Shown here: in pieces, positions 47,947-57,961 of the stretch
How positions within the stretch are numbered: the first letter of the stretch is position 1
How the letters are laid out: every line of letters starts with the position of its first letter
From: Spirosomataceae bacterium
Lineage (GTDB): Bacteria; Bacteroidota; Bacteroidia; Cytophagales; Spirosomataceae
Assembly: GCA_047630355.1 (NCBI GenBank)
Contig: JBLHXN010000005.1
Span: 5,269-69,268 of the forward strand
Length of the DNA: 64,000 bases
Direction of reading: 5' to 3'
Notes under the pieces: model-generated
The model's database searches: none
The model's input: only the letters and a program-made list of their open reading frames with translations
What the model was told of the DNA's origin: nothing
Program-made: the position numbers and the translations under genes

Positions 47947-49971
47947 TTAAAACCCAATTACACCTTTCCTGCGTTTGGATTTTCCTTCTACATAGTCCGC
48001 GAGTTCCGCGAGTTCGCGGCGGTAACTTCCGCTCAAAATTGGGAAGCGGCACCAACTGCGTGGATCGAGGTTGTAATCATCTAAGTGGAAGCTGATGGCG
48101 TAGCGTTCGCGTTTCCATTGGTTGCGGCTCCACAGCTTGAAGAAGCGTTCAATGTAAACGAACAGTAATTTCTTTTCTACTTTTTCGGCGTATTTTATTT
48201 CGAGGTATTTATAGCAGTCGAGCGGTGATTTTTTGTCTCGCACGGCAAGGTTTTCGATGGCGTTCAGGATTTCGTACGGCATCAGGTCGTCTTCGTCGGT
48301 TTGCTTTTTGTCTTTCGGACGAAGTTCGGCGGTGGGAGCAAGGCTGTTTACTTTTTTCAGACCTTCAATTTTAATGTGCTTTCCGCTTACTTCACAGCCC
48401 ACTTTTTCGAGCCAGATGAGCCAAAACCGCAGCCAATGCTTTTCAACTCCAGCGATTGGACTGATGCTTCCCGCCGTGTCGCCGTCCATGGTGGCGTAAC
48501 CAACTGCTACTTCCGAACGGTTTGAGGTGGAAATCAACAAATGGTTTGTTAAATTCGTTAGAAACCATACACTCGGAGCACGTACCCGTGCCTGAATATT
48601 TTGTAACGCAATGTCATCAGTTTCCCACGAAAGTTCACGGTTAATTTGACTTTCGATTAATCCGGTATAGTTTTCTACCAATCCGTTGATATTGATATTG
48701 TAGAAAGTTGCTCCCATTGATTTCGCTAATTGTTCGGCAGAATCGTAGGTGCCTTTTGAGCTATTTCCCGTTCCCTGATAAATCGTGTGAATTATTTCTT
48801 TAGAAATATCTTCCACTGTTTCGGCTTCCTGAATTTTTTTGATGTGACTCAGCTTTGTTTTGAAAGCTTCCAACCCGATGCTTTCTTCGGCCAAACGCAC
48901 CATCAAGCCGCACAAAGCGGTGCAAGCACTACTATCCGCCCCGCCAGAAAGTGAAATGGTAAAACCCTGCGAGTAAGATTTTCTCAAATAATCAAACAAA
49001 CCAAGGCTTACAGCACGGGCAAACTCCTCTTCTTTTAAATAACCGCCTTTTTCAAAAGCTTCCAATTCGGGATTGTGGAATCGGGGGGCAACGTCATCCG
49101 AAAACTTGAACGGAACGCTTACCTTCCAACCGCTATCTGTTATCGGAGATTTAATGTAGGAATGATTCAGGCGATTCGTCTCAATATCTACCACGGCGGT
49201 TGTCAACGTAAAGTCGGCGTAGCTGAACCGGGGACTTGATTCGAGAAGTTCGCCGTTTGAGGCGATCATGGCGTCTCCGTCAAAAATTAACCGACCGGAT
49301 TCGTTGCCCAATAAATTGGTGTACACGTACGCACAGGCAAAGGTGCGGGAGCCGTCAATGACCAATCGCTCACGAGTCATGTATTTTGTGAATGAAAACG
49401 GACTGGCACTCGGGTTTAAGATAATATCAACGCCTCTGTCAAAAAGCCGCCGTCCGGGACGATCCGCTATCCAGCCATCTTCGCAAATTTCGAGCCCGAC
49501 TTTTATTCCGTCAAAATCGAACACTAAATCTCCGATTGGGTATTTAATTTCGTCAATAATAATTTCGTTCTGTGTATTTGCGGGCCAACGGTGAAACCAG
49601 CGGTCTTCGTAAAAAACGCCGTAGTTTGGCAAATGCTGTTTGCAGACAAAACCCACTATGTTTTTATTGGCAATAATGCAGGCGGCATTGTAAATTTTGT
49701 TGCGAAATTCGATGGGTAATCCAACCGAGACAATCATACCGGATGTGTGCAGCTTTATGTCGTCGAGGCAATCTAAGGCTTGTTGTCTAACGTCAGGAGC
49801 GTAGAAGGCGTCTTCACAGCCGTAACCGGTAACGCATAATTCTGGAAGACATAAGATACTTACGTCCTGATAGTGAGCGGCTTCAATCGCCGAAACGATA
49901 TTCCGGGTATTAGATTCCCAATCTATAGGTGTCTGATTCAACGCTCCGGCACCAACTTTTACTAATTTCAT
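47947..49971 (-). CDS. nadE: Glutamine-dependent NAD+ synthetase (CN-hydrolase plus NAD synthase domains)
   Basis: N-terminal nitrilase-type 'LCLPELCVTGYGCED' and 'LEICEDGW'. PP-loop 'ISLSGGADSS'. 674 aa. Confidence 0.85.
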   Translation of the reverse strand: MKLVKVGAGALNQTPIDWESNTRNIVSAIEAAHYQDVSILCLPELCVTGYGCEDAFYAPDVRQQALDCLDDIKLHTSGMIVSVGLPIEFRNKIYNAACIIANKNIVGFVCKQHLPNYGVFYEDRWFHRWPANTQNEIIIDEIKYPIGDLVFDFDGIKVGLEICEDGWIADRPGRRLFDRGVDIILNPSASPFSFTKYMTRERLVIDGSRTFACAYVYTNLLGNESGRLIFDGDAMIASNGELLESSPRFSYADFTLTTAVVDIETNRLNHSYIKSPITDSGWKVSVPFKFSDDVAPRFHNPELEAFEKGGYLKEEEFARAVSLGLFDYLRKSYSQGFTISLSGGADSSACTALCGLMVRLAEESIGLEAFKTKLSHIKKIQEAETVEDISKEIIHTIYQGTGNSSKGTYDSAEQLAKSMGATFYNININGLVENYTGLIESQINRELSWETDDIALQNIQARVRAPSVWFLTNLTNHLLISTSNRSEVAVGYATMDGDTAGSISPIAGVEKHWLRFWLIWLEKVGCEVSGKHIKIEGLKKVNSLAPTAELRPKDKKQTDEDDLMPYEILNAIENLAVRDKKSPLDCYKYLEIKYAEKVEKKLLFVYIERFFKLWSRNQWKRERYAISFHLDDYNLDPRSWCRFPILSGSYRRELAELADYVEGKSKRRKGVIGF

Positions 49972-50156
49972 TCAATTATTTTTAGGGTATTCTTTTAATA
50001 GCAGTCAATATCTTAACTAAAGGTACAGGTTTATGGTTTTTTCCGAAAGGAATTAATCCAAACTGAATTATTTTAAAAAATAGGTGACTCGTTAAATCCG
50101 TGTGCGTAAAGAATATAACTTTAATTAACTACTATTGATTGAGAACCTTTTGAATA

Positions 50157-50197
50157 GAAAAAACGGCTACCCCAAAAAGGTAGCCGTTTGCTTTTTT
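50157..50197 (-). terminator. Intrinsic terminator (bidirectional shape) downstream of the SPFH/small-ORF unit
   Basis: AAACGGCTACC (50161-50171) pairs with GGTAGCCGTTT (50179-50189), with A- and T-runs on both sides. Confidence 0.7.
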
Positions 50198-50222
50198 ACT
50201 ACTTAGCATGAAAAAACTTTTG

Positions 50223-50399
50223 TTAGAAGGTAGCGTGTTCCGATTGAATAGCGATTGAATTGCTTCGCCACCATGACTTTAATCGGCTAATTTCTTCCTG
50301 AGTGGAATTCTTGAACGCTTTGCGTGCTTCCTTTTTGAAAATCCGAGCATCGAAACTCACTTTTTTCAGTATCAACTTATTGTATTCAAACATTGTCAT
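50223..50399 (-). CDS. Small hypothetical protein (58 aa from ATG 50399)
   Basis: An ORF only. Lies 19 nt downstream of the SPFH gene. Basic, helical composition. No motif recognised. Confidence 0.3.
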   Translation of the reverse strand: MTMFEYNKLILKKVSFDARIFKKEARKAFKNSTQEEISRLKSWWRSNSIAIQSEHATF

Positions 50400-50460
50400 G
50401 ATAGAAGAATTTAAAGAATGAGGAGAAAGTAGCTTATTCAATTTCTAACGCTTTACAGGA

Positions 50461-51243
50461 TTACTTCACGTCTGGGTTAATCATCAATGGCTGATCAGCA
50501 CTTGTGATAATTATCTTTGTATTGGGTGAAGTTGACAGTTTGTTAAAAGCTTCGATGGCTTTAAACTGAATCAGTAAAGGGGTCAAACCTTCGGCGATTA
50601 GTTTTTGAGAATCCCGGATTCCCTGAGCTTCAATGGTACGGCGTTGAGCTTCCTGACGCTCTTTATCCAATACAAATTCCATGCGTTGTGAATCTTGCTC
50701 GGCTTCGAGTTTATCCTCTATAGCTTTTGTGAGTCCGGCGGGAAGTACGATACTTTTCAGAAGTACGGCTTCCACAAAGAAGCCCCGTTCTTTAAGTTGT
50801 TTCATCATCACTTCCTGAATTTCCTTCTCTATTTTAGAACGTTCCCCGGTGTGCATATCTTTGGCGAAATACCGGGCGGAAACATCGGCTACCGCTGAGC
50901 GGAAAACGGGTAAAATAACTACTTCTTCGTAGTTTTTACCTAATTTTTCGACAATTTTCGGGGCGTATTCTCCTTCCAAGCGGTAAAGAATCGAAACGTC
51001 TGATTGTACAGTTAACCCTTCTTTTGACGGAAGTGGCGTCCGTACCTCAACATTCATGGTTCGGGTGGGGAGCTTCGTGATGGTGGTGGTGAACGGGTTA
51101 AAGCCTCTCGCCCCTTCCATCAGTGGCTTCGGGCTGATTTTACCGAATGATCTTTTTACACCCACTTCGCCTTGGCGAATGACTGTACAACCGCCAAAAA
51201 TAGTGGCGGAGACGACACATAATGCTATCAATTGATTTTTCAT
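50461..51243 (-). CDS. SPFH/band-7 (prohibitin/HflC-like) domain lipoprotein
   Basis: Lipobox 'IFGGC'. 'GEVGVKRSFGKI', a '..VQSDVSILYRL' beta region and a Glu/Gln/Arg-rich coiled coil. Confidence 0.8.
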   Translation of the reverse strand: MKNQLIALCVVSATIFGGCTVIRQGEVGVKRSFGKISPKPLMEGARGFNPFTTTITKLPTRTMNVEVRTPLPSKEGLTVQSDVSILYRLEGEYAPKIVEKLGKNYEEVVILPVFRSAVADVSARYFAKDMHTGERSKIEKEIQEVMMKQLKERGFFVEAVLLKSIVLPAGLTKAIEDKLEAEQDSQRMEFVLDKERQEAQRRTIEAQGIRDSQKLIAEGLTPLLIQFKAIEAFNKLSTSPNTKIIITSADQPLMINPDVK

Positions 51244-51344
51244 AAGGATGAATTTTGAATTCTGTAGTTGTGTTTTTTTGTGATTCAAAACTACTACTTA
51301 AACTTTAATCTGAAGTTAATCTCAAATTAGAAGTAAGTTAGAAA

Positions 51345-52703
51345 TTAGCGGGGAAGTTTTACGGTAAAAATAGTACCTTCATCCTGACTTGACACAACTA
51401 TTAGTGAGCCGTGGTGCAATTCTATAACCTGTTTCACCAGCGATAATCCTACTCCGTGCCCTTTGATATTTCGGGAATTTTTTCCCCGTTTGAAAGGCTC
51501 AAAAATAGTCGTTTGATCTTCGGGGGAAATTGGTGTTCCAGAATTCTTAAATGTTAGCGAAATCTCGCTGTCGAGTACATCAAGGGTCACTTCCACTACG
51601 TTGTCTTTTCCGAATTTTGCACCGTTATCTATCAAATTAACAATGGCGGTGTAAATAAGCGGTTCGTTGGCGTACATTTCGGGAAGGAGTTCGTTGGGGT
51701 CATCGTAGCTTATCAATATCTCATAGGAACTATTTTTATTTTTGAGTTCCGTTTGTGCCTGTAAAAGAACCTGTACTAAGTTGATTAGTTCATGCTTAAT
51801 TTCTTCTTGATGATTTTTAATACTCGTCAAGTCTAAAAGGTTATTAGTAAGCTTATTAAGTTGTTGAATGTCGTCCAAGATCGACTTCATAGACTCGCGT
51901 AATTCAGCCGCTTCGGTATCAACCATGAGCGATACCTGAATTTGTCCGGTAATAGAAGTAAGCGGAGTGCGGAGTTCGTGTGAAGCATGCGAGACAAATG
52001 CCTTTTGCGTGTTAAAAGCTTCTTCCAATCGGTTGAGCATCTGATTAAACCGGATAGAAAGCTGTTCTAACTCGTCTGTTCGTTTGCCTTCGTTGAGCCG
52101 CAATCCAATTTTTGAACCGGTAATTTTATCGATTTCCTGAATAATTTTTTTAATCGGGGATAAGAACCTTTCCGTTAGATACCATCCTGCCAGTAAACTC
52201 AATAACACAATTCCGATCCAACCGAATAGAAGCATTAGGCGAAGGTTACTCTGCTTACTAAGTCCGTATTTATCAAACGCCTCCATAACCACAATCTGCT
52301 TTTCTCCATTGAGTTCGAAGACAGTTCCGAAGACATCATAATCTTCTATTCGCCAAAAGTATTCGCTGTTTTCCCTAATTTTTTCTAACTGCTGGGCAGA
52401 TATTCGGGAGCTTAATGTGTTACCACTTTCATAGCTTACGTTACCTTGCAAGTCAAAAATGGCAATTTCTTCGTTGGTCAGTGTTGTGATTTGTCTTTTT
52501 GTAAGTTGTCTGAATAATTCGGGACTGATCAAGTCTTTACTCGAAAGAAAAGTTGCGGAAGTAATGGCTTCTTTCCGCAACCGCTCTTTAAATTCCCGTG
52601 TTTGATGAAATTCCGCTTCAAAGTATATCACTAAACAAAAGATGCCTAAAAGCATACTAACAATGCCTGTAAAGAGAAATGTGAAACGGGTGCGTATGGT
52701 CAT
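51345..52703 (-). CDS. Sensor histidine kinase (2 TM, HAMP, HisKA, HATPase_c)
   Basis: H-box 'FVSHASHELRTPLTSI', N-box 'LIDNGAKF', G-boxes 'GHGVGLSLV'. Confidence 0.85.
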   Translation of the reverse strand: MTIRTRFTFLFTGIVSMLLGIFCLVIYFEAEFHQTREFKERLRKEAITSATFLSSKDLISPELFRQLTKRQITTLTNEEIAIFDLQGNVSYESGNTLSSRISAQQLEKIRENSEYFWRIEDYDVFGTVFELNGEKQIVVMEAFDKYGLSKQSNLRLMLLFGWIGIVLLSLLAGWYLTERFLSPIKKIIQEIDKITGSKIGLRLNEGKRTDELEQLSIRFNQMLNRLEEAFNTQKAFVSHASHELRTPLTSITGQIQVSLMVDTEAAELRESMKSILDDIQQLNKLTNNLLDLTSIKNHQEEIKHELINLVQVLLQAQTELKNKNSSYEILISYDDPNELLPEMYANEPLIYTAIVNLIDNGAKFGKDNVVEVTLDVLDSEISLTFKNSGTPISPEDQTTIFEPFKRGKNSRNIKGHGVGLSLVKQVIELHHGSLIVVSSQDEGTIFTVKLPR

Positions 52704-53395
52704 TTTACTTTCATCATGTAGCCCATACCAATCATCGTGTGAATTAATTTTTCAGGATAATTTTTGTCAACTTTTTTTCGTAAGTAATTAATGTAAACCT
52801 CTACGAAATTAGTCCCGGTGTCAAAATTAATGTCCCATACGCTTTCGGCTATATCGACTTTTGATACCACCCGCCCGTTATTTTGCATCAAATATTCGAG
52901 TAAAACGTATTCCTTGGCAGTCAAAGCGATAGAATTACCCGCTCGGCGAGCTACTTTTTCTTTTAAGTCTAATTCTAAATCTCCTACCACAATGAGTTCT
53001 TCTTCCTTACAATCAGTTCCGGCTCGTTTAATCAGGGCATTTACCCGCACCAACAGCTCCATAAAGTCGAAAGGCTTTACTAAATAATCGTCCGTTCCGA
53101 CCTCAAAGCCGGAAAGCTTATCAGCCACCGTTCCCATTGCGGTAAGCATCAGAATCGGAACTTTAGAGTTTTGTTCACGAATCCTTTTGCAGACATCCAG
53201 ACCGCTCATATCCGGCAAGCCAATGTCAAGAATTATTGTTGCGTACTCGTTCTTACTGAACAACTCCAATGCCTCTTTTGCCGTGTAGGCTACTTCAGGA
53301 GCAAAGTTTTGTGTTTCGAGTCCTTTTTTTATGAATGTGGCGACTTTGATTTCGTCTTCAACTATCAGAATATTATTTTTCACTTCTTTTTTCAT
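52700..53395 (-). CDS. OmpR-family response regulator (intact)
   Basis: 'ILIVEDE', 'IILDIGLPDMSG', 'ILMLTA', 'DDYLVKPF' and winged helix '..LIHTMIGMGYMM'. Overlaps the kinase gene by 4 nt. Confidence 0.9.
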   Translation of the reverse strand: MKKEVKNNILIVEDEIKVATFIKKGLETQNFAPEVAYTAKEALELFSKNEYATIILDIGLPDMSGLDVCKRIREQNSKVPILMLTAMGTVADKLSGFEVGTDDYLVKPFDFMELLVRVNALIKRAGTDCKEEELIVVGDLELDLKEKVARRAGNSIALTAKEYVLLEYLMQNNGRVVSKVDIAESVWDINFDTGTNFVEVYINYLRKKVDKNYPEKLIHTMIGMGYMMKVK

Positions 53396-53513
53396 AGGTG
53401 TAATTGCTAAAACGTATCATTTGGAATAATTTATACCTCACGATTTAACTGATACAAAATTACGTGCTGTTTCTTAAGCTGTACTTAGAGCTAAATTAGA
53501 ATAGTATTATAAA

Positions 53514-54710
53514 TCAGGCGGGAGTACTGCTAAGAATTGCTGGTTTGTTCTTGGCAATAATAATTTCGGTCAATTTTATCCAGAATGGGCTGATTAGCAG
53601 CGTGAGGGAAATCAAACTGATGGTAAATTTGTATTCGTACTCTCCAATAATATCAAGGTAAAATGAGCTAGAAACAAGCAAAAAACTTAATTCACCAATC
53701 TGAGCTAAATATGCACCACCCAAAAGAGCGTCAAACCAAGAATTATCGAAGACCCGCAAAATAATGGTGTTGATGAAATGGTTGGTTACGTACACCGTCA
53801 GTAATACCAAAATAACTGGTAACCAATTTTGTGCTATGAATCTAAAATCTATTTGTAACCCAACTCCAGCGAAGAAAAACGCCACAAATATTACTCGAAA
53901 TGCGTGGAGGGTATCGTGAATCCATGCGGTAGATTTCGAACTGTGCAAATACATACCGCCCACAAAAGCCCCAAGGGCAGGAGATAAGCCAAATAACGAA
54001 GTCAGTAACGCTCCGCCAAAGCAGAAAATAATAGCTAAGAAAACCTGTAACTCGTGGTCGTCAAGAATTTTGCTTGAAAAAGGAAGTCTCACTCTACGGC
54101 GTTTATAAATGTAAACCAACGTCAGAATGAACAAAATACCGCCGATTATCATAACCATGATATTGGTAACTGACTCTGCTTTACCTCCCATCAAAGAAGT
54201 GCAAATGAGCATCGGTACAATGATAATATCTTGCGTCAGAAGAATACTCAGAACGTTTTTTCCGATTTTGGTATCTAATAAATTGTTGTCTTGTAGAAGT
54301 TTTATAATAACTGCCGAACTGCTCAATGCGATTACAAAACCTAACAGAATAATCCGCTGAATCTGCCACCCGAAAATGTAGCCAATTCCGAACATTATTA
54401 CCACGCTGATTACTACCTGAAGGGTAGTTCCTACGGCAGCGATTTTCCACTGCTGCACAAGCTTGGGTAAACTTATCTCCAGACCGATGAAGAAAAGTAA
54501 CAGCAAGATGCCAATTTCACCCATGTGGTGAATGGTTTCCGGACTTTTCACGATTCCCAAGACATTCTCACCGAAGAGTACTCCAATAAAAATGTAGCCA
54601 ATAATGTACGGTTGTTTGACTTTTTTTAACAAAAAACCAATGATAACTAATAAAATGGCAACAGCTGATATGGCACCAACTACGGGGTCTACTCTTGAAA
54701 GGATATCCAT
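53514..54710 (-). CDS. Cation:proton antiporter (CPA2/Kef-like membrane domain)
   Basis: 398 aa with about 11-12 hydrophobic helices. 'GEIGILLLLFFIGLE' and 'LTQDIIIVPML' are typical of Na_H_Exchanger family proteins. Confidence 0.75.
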   Translation of the reverse strand: MDILSRVDPVVGAISAVAILLVIIGFLLKKVKQPYIIGYIFIGVLFGENVLGIVKSPETIHHMGEIGILLLLFFIGLEISLPKLVQQWKIAAVGTTLQVVISVVIMFGIGYIFGWQIQRIILLGFVIALSSSAVIIKLLQDNNLLDTKIGKNVLSILLTQDIIIVPMLICTSLMGGKAESVTNIMVMIIGGILFILTLVYIYKRRRVRLPFSSKILDDHELQVFLAIIFCFGGALLTSLFGLSPALGAFVGGMYLHSSKSTAWIHDTLHAFRVIFVAFFFAGVGLQIDFRFIAQNWLPVILVLLTVYVTNHFINTIILRVFDNSWFDALLGGAYLAQIGELSFLLVSSSFYLDIIGEYEYKFTISLISLTLLISPFWIKLTEIIIAKNKPAILSSTPA

Positions 54711-54784
54711 AGGGTATTTAATACTTTGTGTACGTGTTTTGATTAAGAAACGAGTACAATACTACACACTAATGGAAAATTTTA

Positions 54785-54792
54785 TATTTTTG
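54785..54792 (+). promoter_or_regulatory. Candidate Bacteroidota -7 promoter box (TAnnTTTG)
   Basis: TATTTTTG at 54785-54792, about 30 nt upstream of ATG 54823. No convincing -33 TTG partner seen. Confidence 0.25.
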
Positions 54793-54822
54793 TTGAAGCT
54801 TTTTATTCACAAAACAGCAAAA

Positions 54823-55332
54823 ATGCTCTCCGATCAGTTAATTATTTCCGGTATTCGTATTGGTGGAACTCGTGAAAACGAGGCTATTCAGGCTATTTAC
54901 GACAATTTTAGTTACACGTTGCAGAAGTTTATTTCTCTGAAACAAGAAGAATCTAACGCAGCTATTATTTGGGAAGCGGTAGAATGTTTCGTGAACGGAG
55001 TGAAAAATGATCTTATTGTTCCGTCGCCGAAAGATGGAACGGGGGTGGAGTTTTATCTGAATAGAATTGGTCAGAAAATAAAATACCCGGAAAAATTGGC
55101 TATCCCAGAAGTTGAAAAACTTTTTGAGGATAAAGCAGTCTGGGATTATTACCTCGGTATTCTGAAAGATACAGAAGGTTCTGGTAACCAGTTACTTACC
55201 CGAAGTTTTGGAAAGGGAACACCGGTTAAAGAATTAGCCGGAAAACTTATTGCCAAAGGCAAATATAATTCGGTCGAGACTGTTAAATCTGAGAAGTACA
55301 AGCTGTTAACAGACATACTCCCAAATCTTTAA
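54823..55332 (+). CDS. Hypothetical protein (helical, no family recognised)
   Basis: The track ORF 54604-55332 overlaps the antiporter start. In-frame ATGs at 54772 and 54823 lie in the intergenic space, and 54823 fits the candidate -7 box. Confidence 0.35.
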   Translation: MLSDQLIISGIRIGGTRENEAIQAIYDNFSYTLQKFISLKQEESNAAIIWEAVECFVNGVKNDLIVPSPKDGTGVEFYLNRIGQKIKYPEKLAIPEVEKLFEDKAVWDYYLGILKDTEGSGNQLLTRSFGKGTPVKELAGKLIAKGKYNSVETVKSEKYKLLTDILPNL

Positions 55333-55348
55333 CAAGTCTTTCCTTAAT

Positions 55349-55804
55349 CTACTTCTTGTCGAAAGTTGCAGTTATTATTCCGGAAGCATCTTCAATAACG
55401 AATACGAATTTCTTATTTCCGTCAAATTTGTACGTTCCTTCGTACAAGAACCTGTCATCATTCAGACTGAATGTCCCGTTGTCTAATATGGTATAAGTGC
55501 CAGATTGGGCTGCTGGAAAAAACTGGAGAGATTGCCCGTCTTCACTCACACAACTGCTCGGAAAACTAGTCACGTAAGCTCCTTCAGAAAAAGTTATTCG
55601 GTTTTCACCAATGCAAGGAAATAGTTTCTTGATCTCGGTAATAAAGTCCACTTCCTGCATAGAACCAGGATTCACTGCTACGAAGTTGGTTAACTCCCAA
55701 GTTCCTTGCAACCTAATTTCTGGCGTGTCTTCCGTCTTATCACAGGAGGTAAACAAGGTGACGGCCAACAAGCAAAAAAGGCTATTTTTGAGTAATGTTT
55801 TCAA
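55349..55804 (-). CDS. Lipocalin-like lipoprotein
   Basis: Lipobox 'LFTSC'. 'LQGTWELTNF' and an 8-strand-like pattern. Lies 9 nt downstream of glgB. Confidence 0.4.
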   Translation of the reverse strand: MKTLLKNSLFCLLAVTLFTSCDKTEDTPEIRLQGTWELTNFVAVNPGSMQEVDFITEIKKLFPCIGENRITFSEGAYVTSFPSSCVSEDGQSLQFFPAAQSGTYTILDNGTFSLNDDRFLYEGTYKFDGNKKFVFVIEDASGIITATFDKK

Positions 55805-55813
55805 ATTGATAAA

Positions 55814-57826
55814 TCACTTTAATTTAATGACAATGGCTCCCAAAGGCGGTAAGTTTAATACAACAGATTGTGCTTGACTGTGTGATTCAATTGCCTCAGT
55901 TTTTATATTCTGATTTACTATTCCGCTACCCCAGTAGCGTGAATCATCGCTATTGAAAACCTCTACGTAAGTTTCCGCTTTTGGTACACCAACGCGGTAG
56001 TTTGAACAAGGCACGGGAGTAAGATTCAAAAGTATAAATACATCATCTGATTTGTTAAATCCGCGTCTCGTGTAAAATAGAACGCAATTATCCGTGTCGG
56101 TAGTATCTAACCATTGAAATCCTTCCGGGCTAAATTGCTTGTCAAAGAGAGCAGGTTCAGATTTGTAGAGTTTATTCAAGTCGGCTACAAGGTGACTCAT
56201 GCCTCTGTTAGACTCGTTTTCCAACAAATGCCAGTCCAGACTATTCTTGAAATTCCACTCGGCACGTTGACCGAACTCGCCACCCATAAACAATAACTTT
56301 GTGCCAGGATGAGTGAACATATACGCAAAGAGTAACCTTAGGTTGGCAAATTGTTGCCATTCGTCTCCGGGCATTTTGTCTAAAAGAGAGCCTTTTCCGT
56401 AAACTACTTCATCGTGCGAAAGTGGCAGCATAAAGTTTTCGGTGAAACCGTAAACGATACTGAAGGTCAGGGAATCCTGATGCCATTTGCGGTACATCGG
56501 GTTCCGTTGGAAATAGGCGAGAGTATCGTTCATCCAACCCATCATCCATTTCATTCCGAAACCAAGTCCACCTGTATATACCGGACGGGAAACTCCAGGG
56601 AACGCCGTAGACTCTTCGGCAATTGTCTGAGTATCGGGATACGAATTGTAAATCTCTTCGTTCAGTTCTTTGAGCAATGATATTACTTCTAAATTCTCTC
56701 TGCCGCCAAAAACGTTTGGAATCCATTCGCCGTCATTACGTGAGTAGTCGCGGTACAACATAGAAGCCACCGCATCTACTCGAAGGCCGTCAGCATGGTA
56801 ACGGTCAAGCCAGAAAAGAGCATTACTTATCAGGAATGATCGTACTTCAAATCGTCCGTAGTTGAAAATATAACTTTTCCAATCAGGGTGATAGCCCTGA
56901 CGAGGATCTTCATGTTCGTAGAGTGATGTTCCGTCAAAGCGGTAGAGACCGTGAGCATCATTTGGATAATGCGATGGAACCCAGTCTAACAAGACACCAA
57001 TATCATTTTTGTGTAATTCTTCTATTAAGTGCATCAAATCCTGCGGTGAACCGTAGCGGCTACTCGCAGCGAAATATCCGGTTATCTGATAACCCCACGA
57101 TGGCTCGTAAGGATGTTGCATAATGGGCATAAACTCTACGTGAGTAAAGCCCATTTCTTTTACATACGGTACTAAAGTTTTTGCTACTTCACGGTAGCTC
57201 AGTCGTCGTTCAGGATTTGACGGATCACGCTGCCAAGAGCCTAAGTGTACTTCGTAAACAGACATCGGGGCGGAGAGAGCATTGTGCTTTTCCCGCTTGT
57301 TCATCCATTCTTTATCTTCCCACTCGTACCACGTATCCCAAATAATGGATGCCGTTTTGGGCGATTCTTCCCAACGGATAGCGAAAGGATCTCCTTTCTC
57401 AAGTTCTTCGTTGGTGCCGCTATTGACTATGAAATATTTATAAACTTCTCCGTTTCCGATATTAGGAATCCATCCTTCCCAAATTCCTGAACCATCCCAG
57501 CGTAACATTAAAGCATGAGAACCTTTATCCCAACTGTTGAAGTCTCCAACAACGGCTAAATAGGAGGCATTGGGAGCCCAAACAGAAAAGTAAGTTCCAA
57601 CAACTCCCTGATTTTCTACTACGTGCGAACCCATTTTTTCGTACAAACGGTAATGCTTGCCCGAACGAAACAGCTCAATGTCGAAATCTGTGAGAAGACT
57701 GTAGGATTCCACATTTTTAAATTCCGGAGCTGAAACCTGCACTTCTTCGACGCCTTTGGCGTTCTTAGTCGCTTTTTTGACAGTAGTTTTTTTCTTAGTC
57801 GAGGTAGGGGTTGTTTTCTTCGCCAT
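55814..57826 (-). CDS. glgB: 1,4-alpha-glucan branching enzyme (GH13)
   Basis: 'LLDWVPSHYPNDAHGLYRFDGT', 'GLRVDAVASMLY', 'TIAEESTAFPGVS' and 'LPLSHDEVV'. Confidence 0.9.
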   Translation of the reverse strand: MAKKTTPTSTKKKTTVKKATKNAKGVEEVQVSAPEFKNVESYSLLTDFDIELFRSGKHYRLYEKMGSHVVENQGVVGTYFSVWAPNASYLAVVGDFNSWDKGSHALMLRWDGSGIWEGWIPNIGNGEVYKYFIVNSGTNEELEKGDPFAIRWEESPKTASIIWDTWYEWEDKEWMNKREKHNALSAPMSVYEVHLGSWQRDPSNPERRLSYREVAKTLVPYVKEMGFTHVEFMPIMQHPYEPSWGYQITGYFAASSRYGSPQDLMHLIEELHKNDIGVLLDWVPSHYPNDAHGLYRFDGTSLYEHEDPRQGYHPDWKSYIFNYGRFEVRSFLISNALFWLDRYHADGLRVDAVASMLYRDYSRNDGEWIPNVFGGRENLEVISLLKELNEEIYNSYPDTQTIAEESTAFPGVSRPVYTGGLGFGMKWMMGWMNDTLAYFQRNPMYRKWHQDSLTFSIVYGFTENFMLPLSHDEVVYGKGSLLDKMPGDEWQQFANLRLLFAYMFTHPGTKLLFMGGEFGQRAEWNFKNSLDWHLLENESNRGMSHLVADLNKLYKSEPALFDKQFSPEGFQWLDTTDTDNCVLFYTRRGFNKSDDVFILLNLTPVPCSNYRVGVPKAETYVEVFNSDDSRYWGSGIVNQNIKTEAIESHSQAQSVVLNLPPLGAIVIKLK

Positions 57827-57908
57827 GTATTGAGGGTATTTTTCTAAGGTTCAAAAATACTAAATACTGACGTAGAACCAACGTATAGCATAAAAAGTAT
57901 TCGGGCAC

Positions 57909-57944
57909 AAAAAAAACTCTCTGGTTTGCCAGAGAGTTCTTTTA
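57909..57944 (-). terminator. Intrinsic terminator of the second MltD-like gene
   Basis: AACTCTCTGG (57915-57924) pairs with CCAGAGAGTT (57929-57938). The upstream A-run gives a U-run on the minus strand. Confidence 0.7.
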
Positions 57945-57961
57945 AAAATAATTTCGGAAAA

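Noticed and set aside
54604-54771. N-terminal extension of ORF 54604-55332.
   Set aside because: It overlaps the 5' end of the antiporter gene on the opposite strand. In-frame ATGs in the intergenic space (54772, 54823) are more plausible starts.
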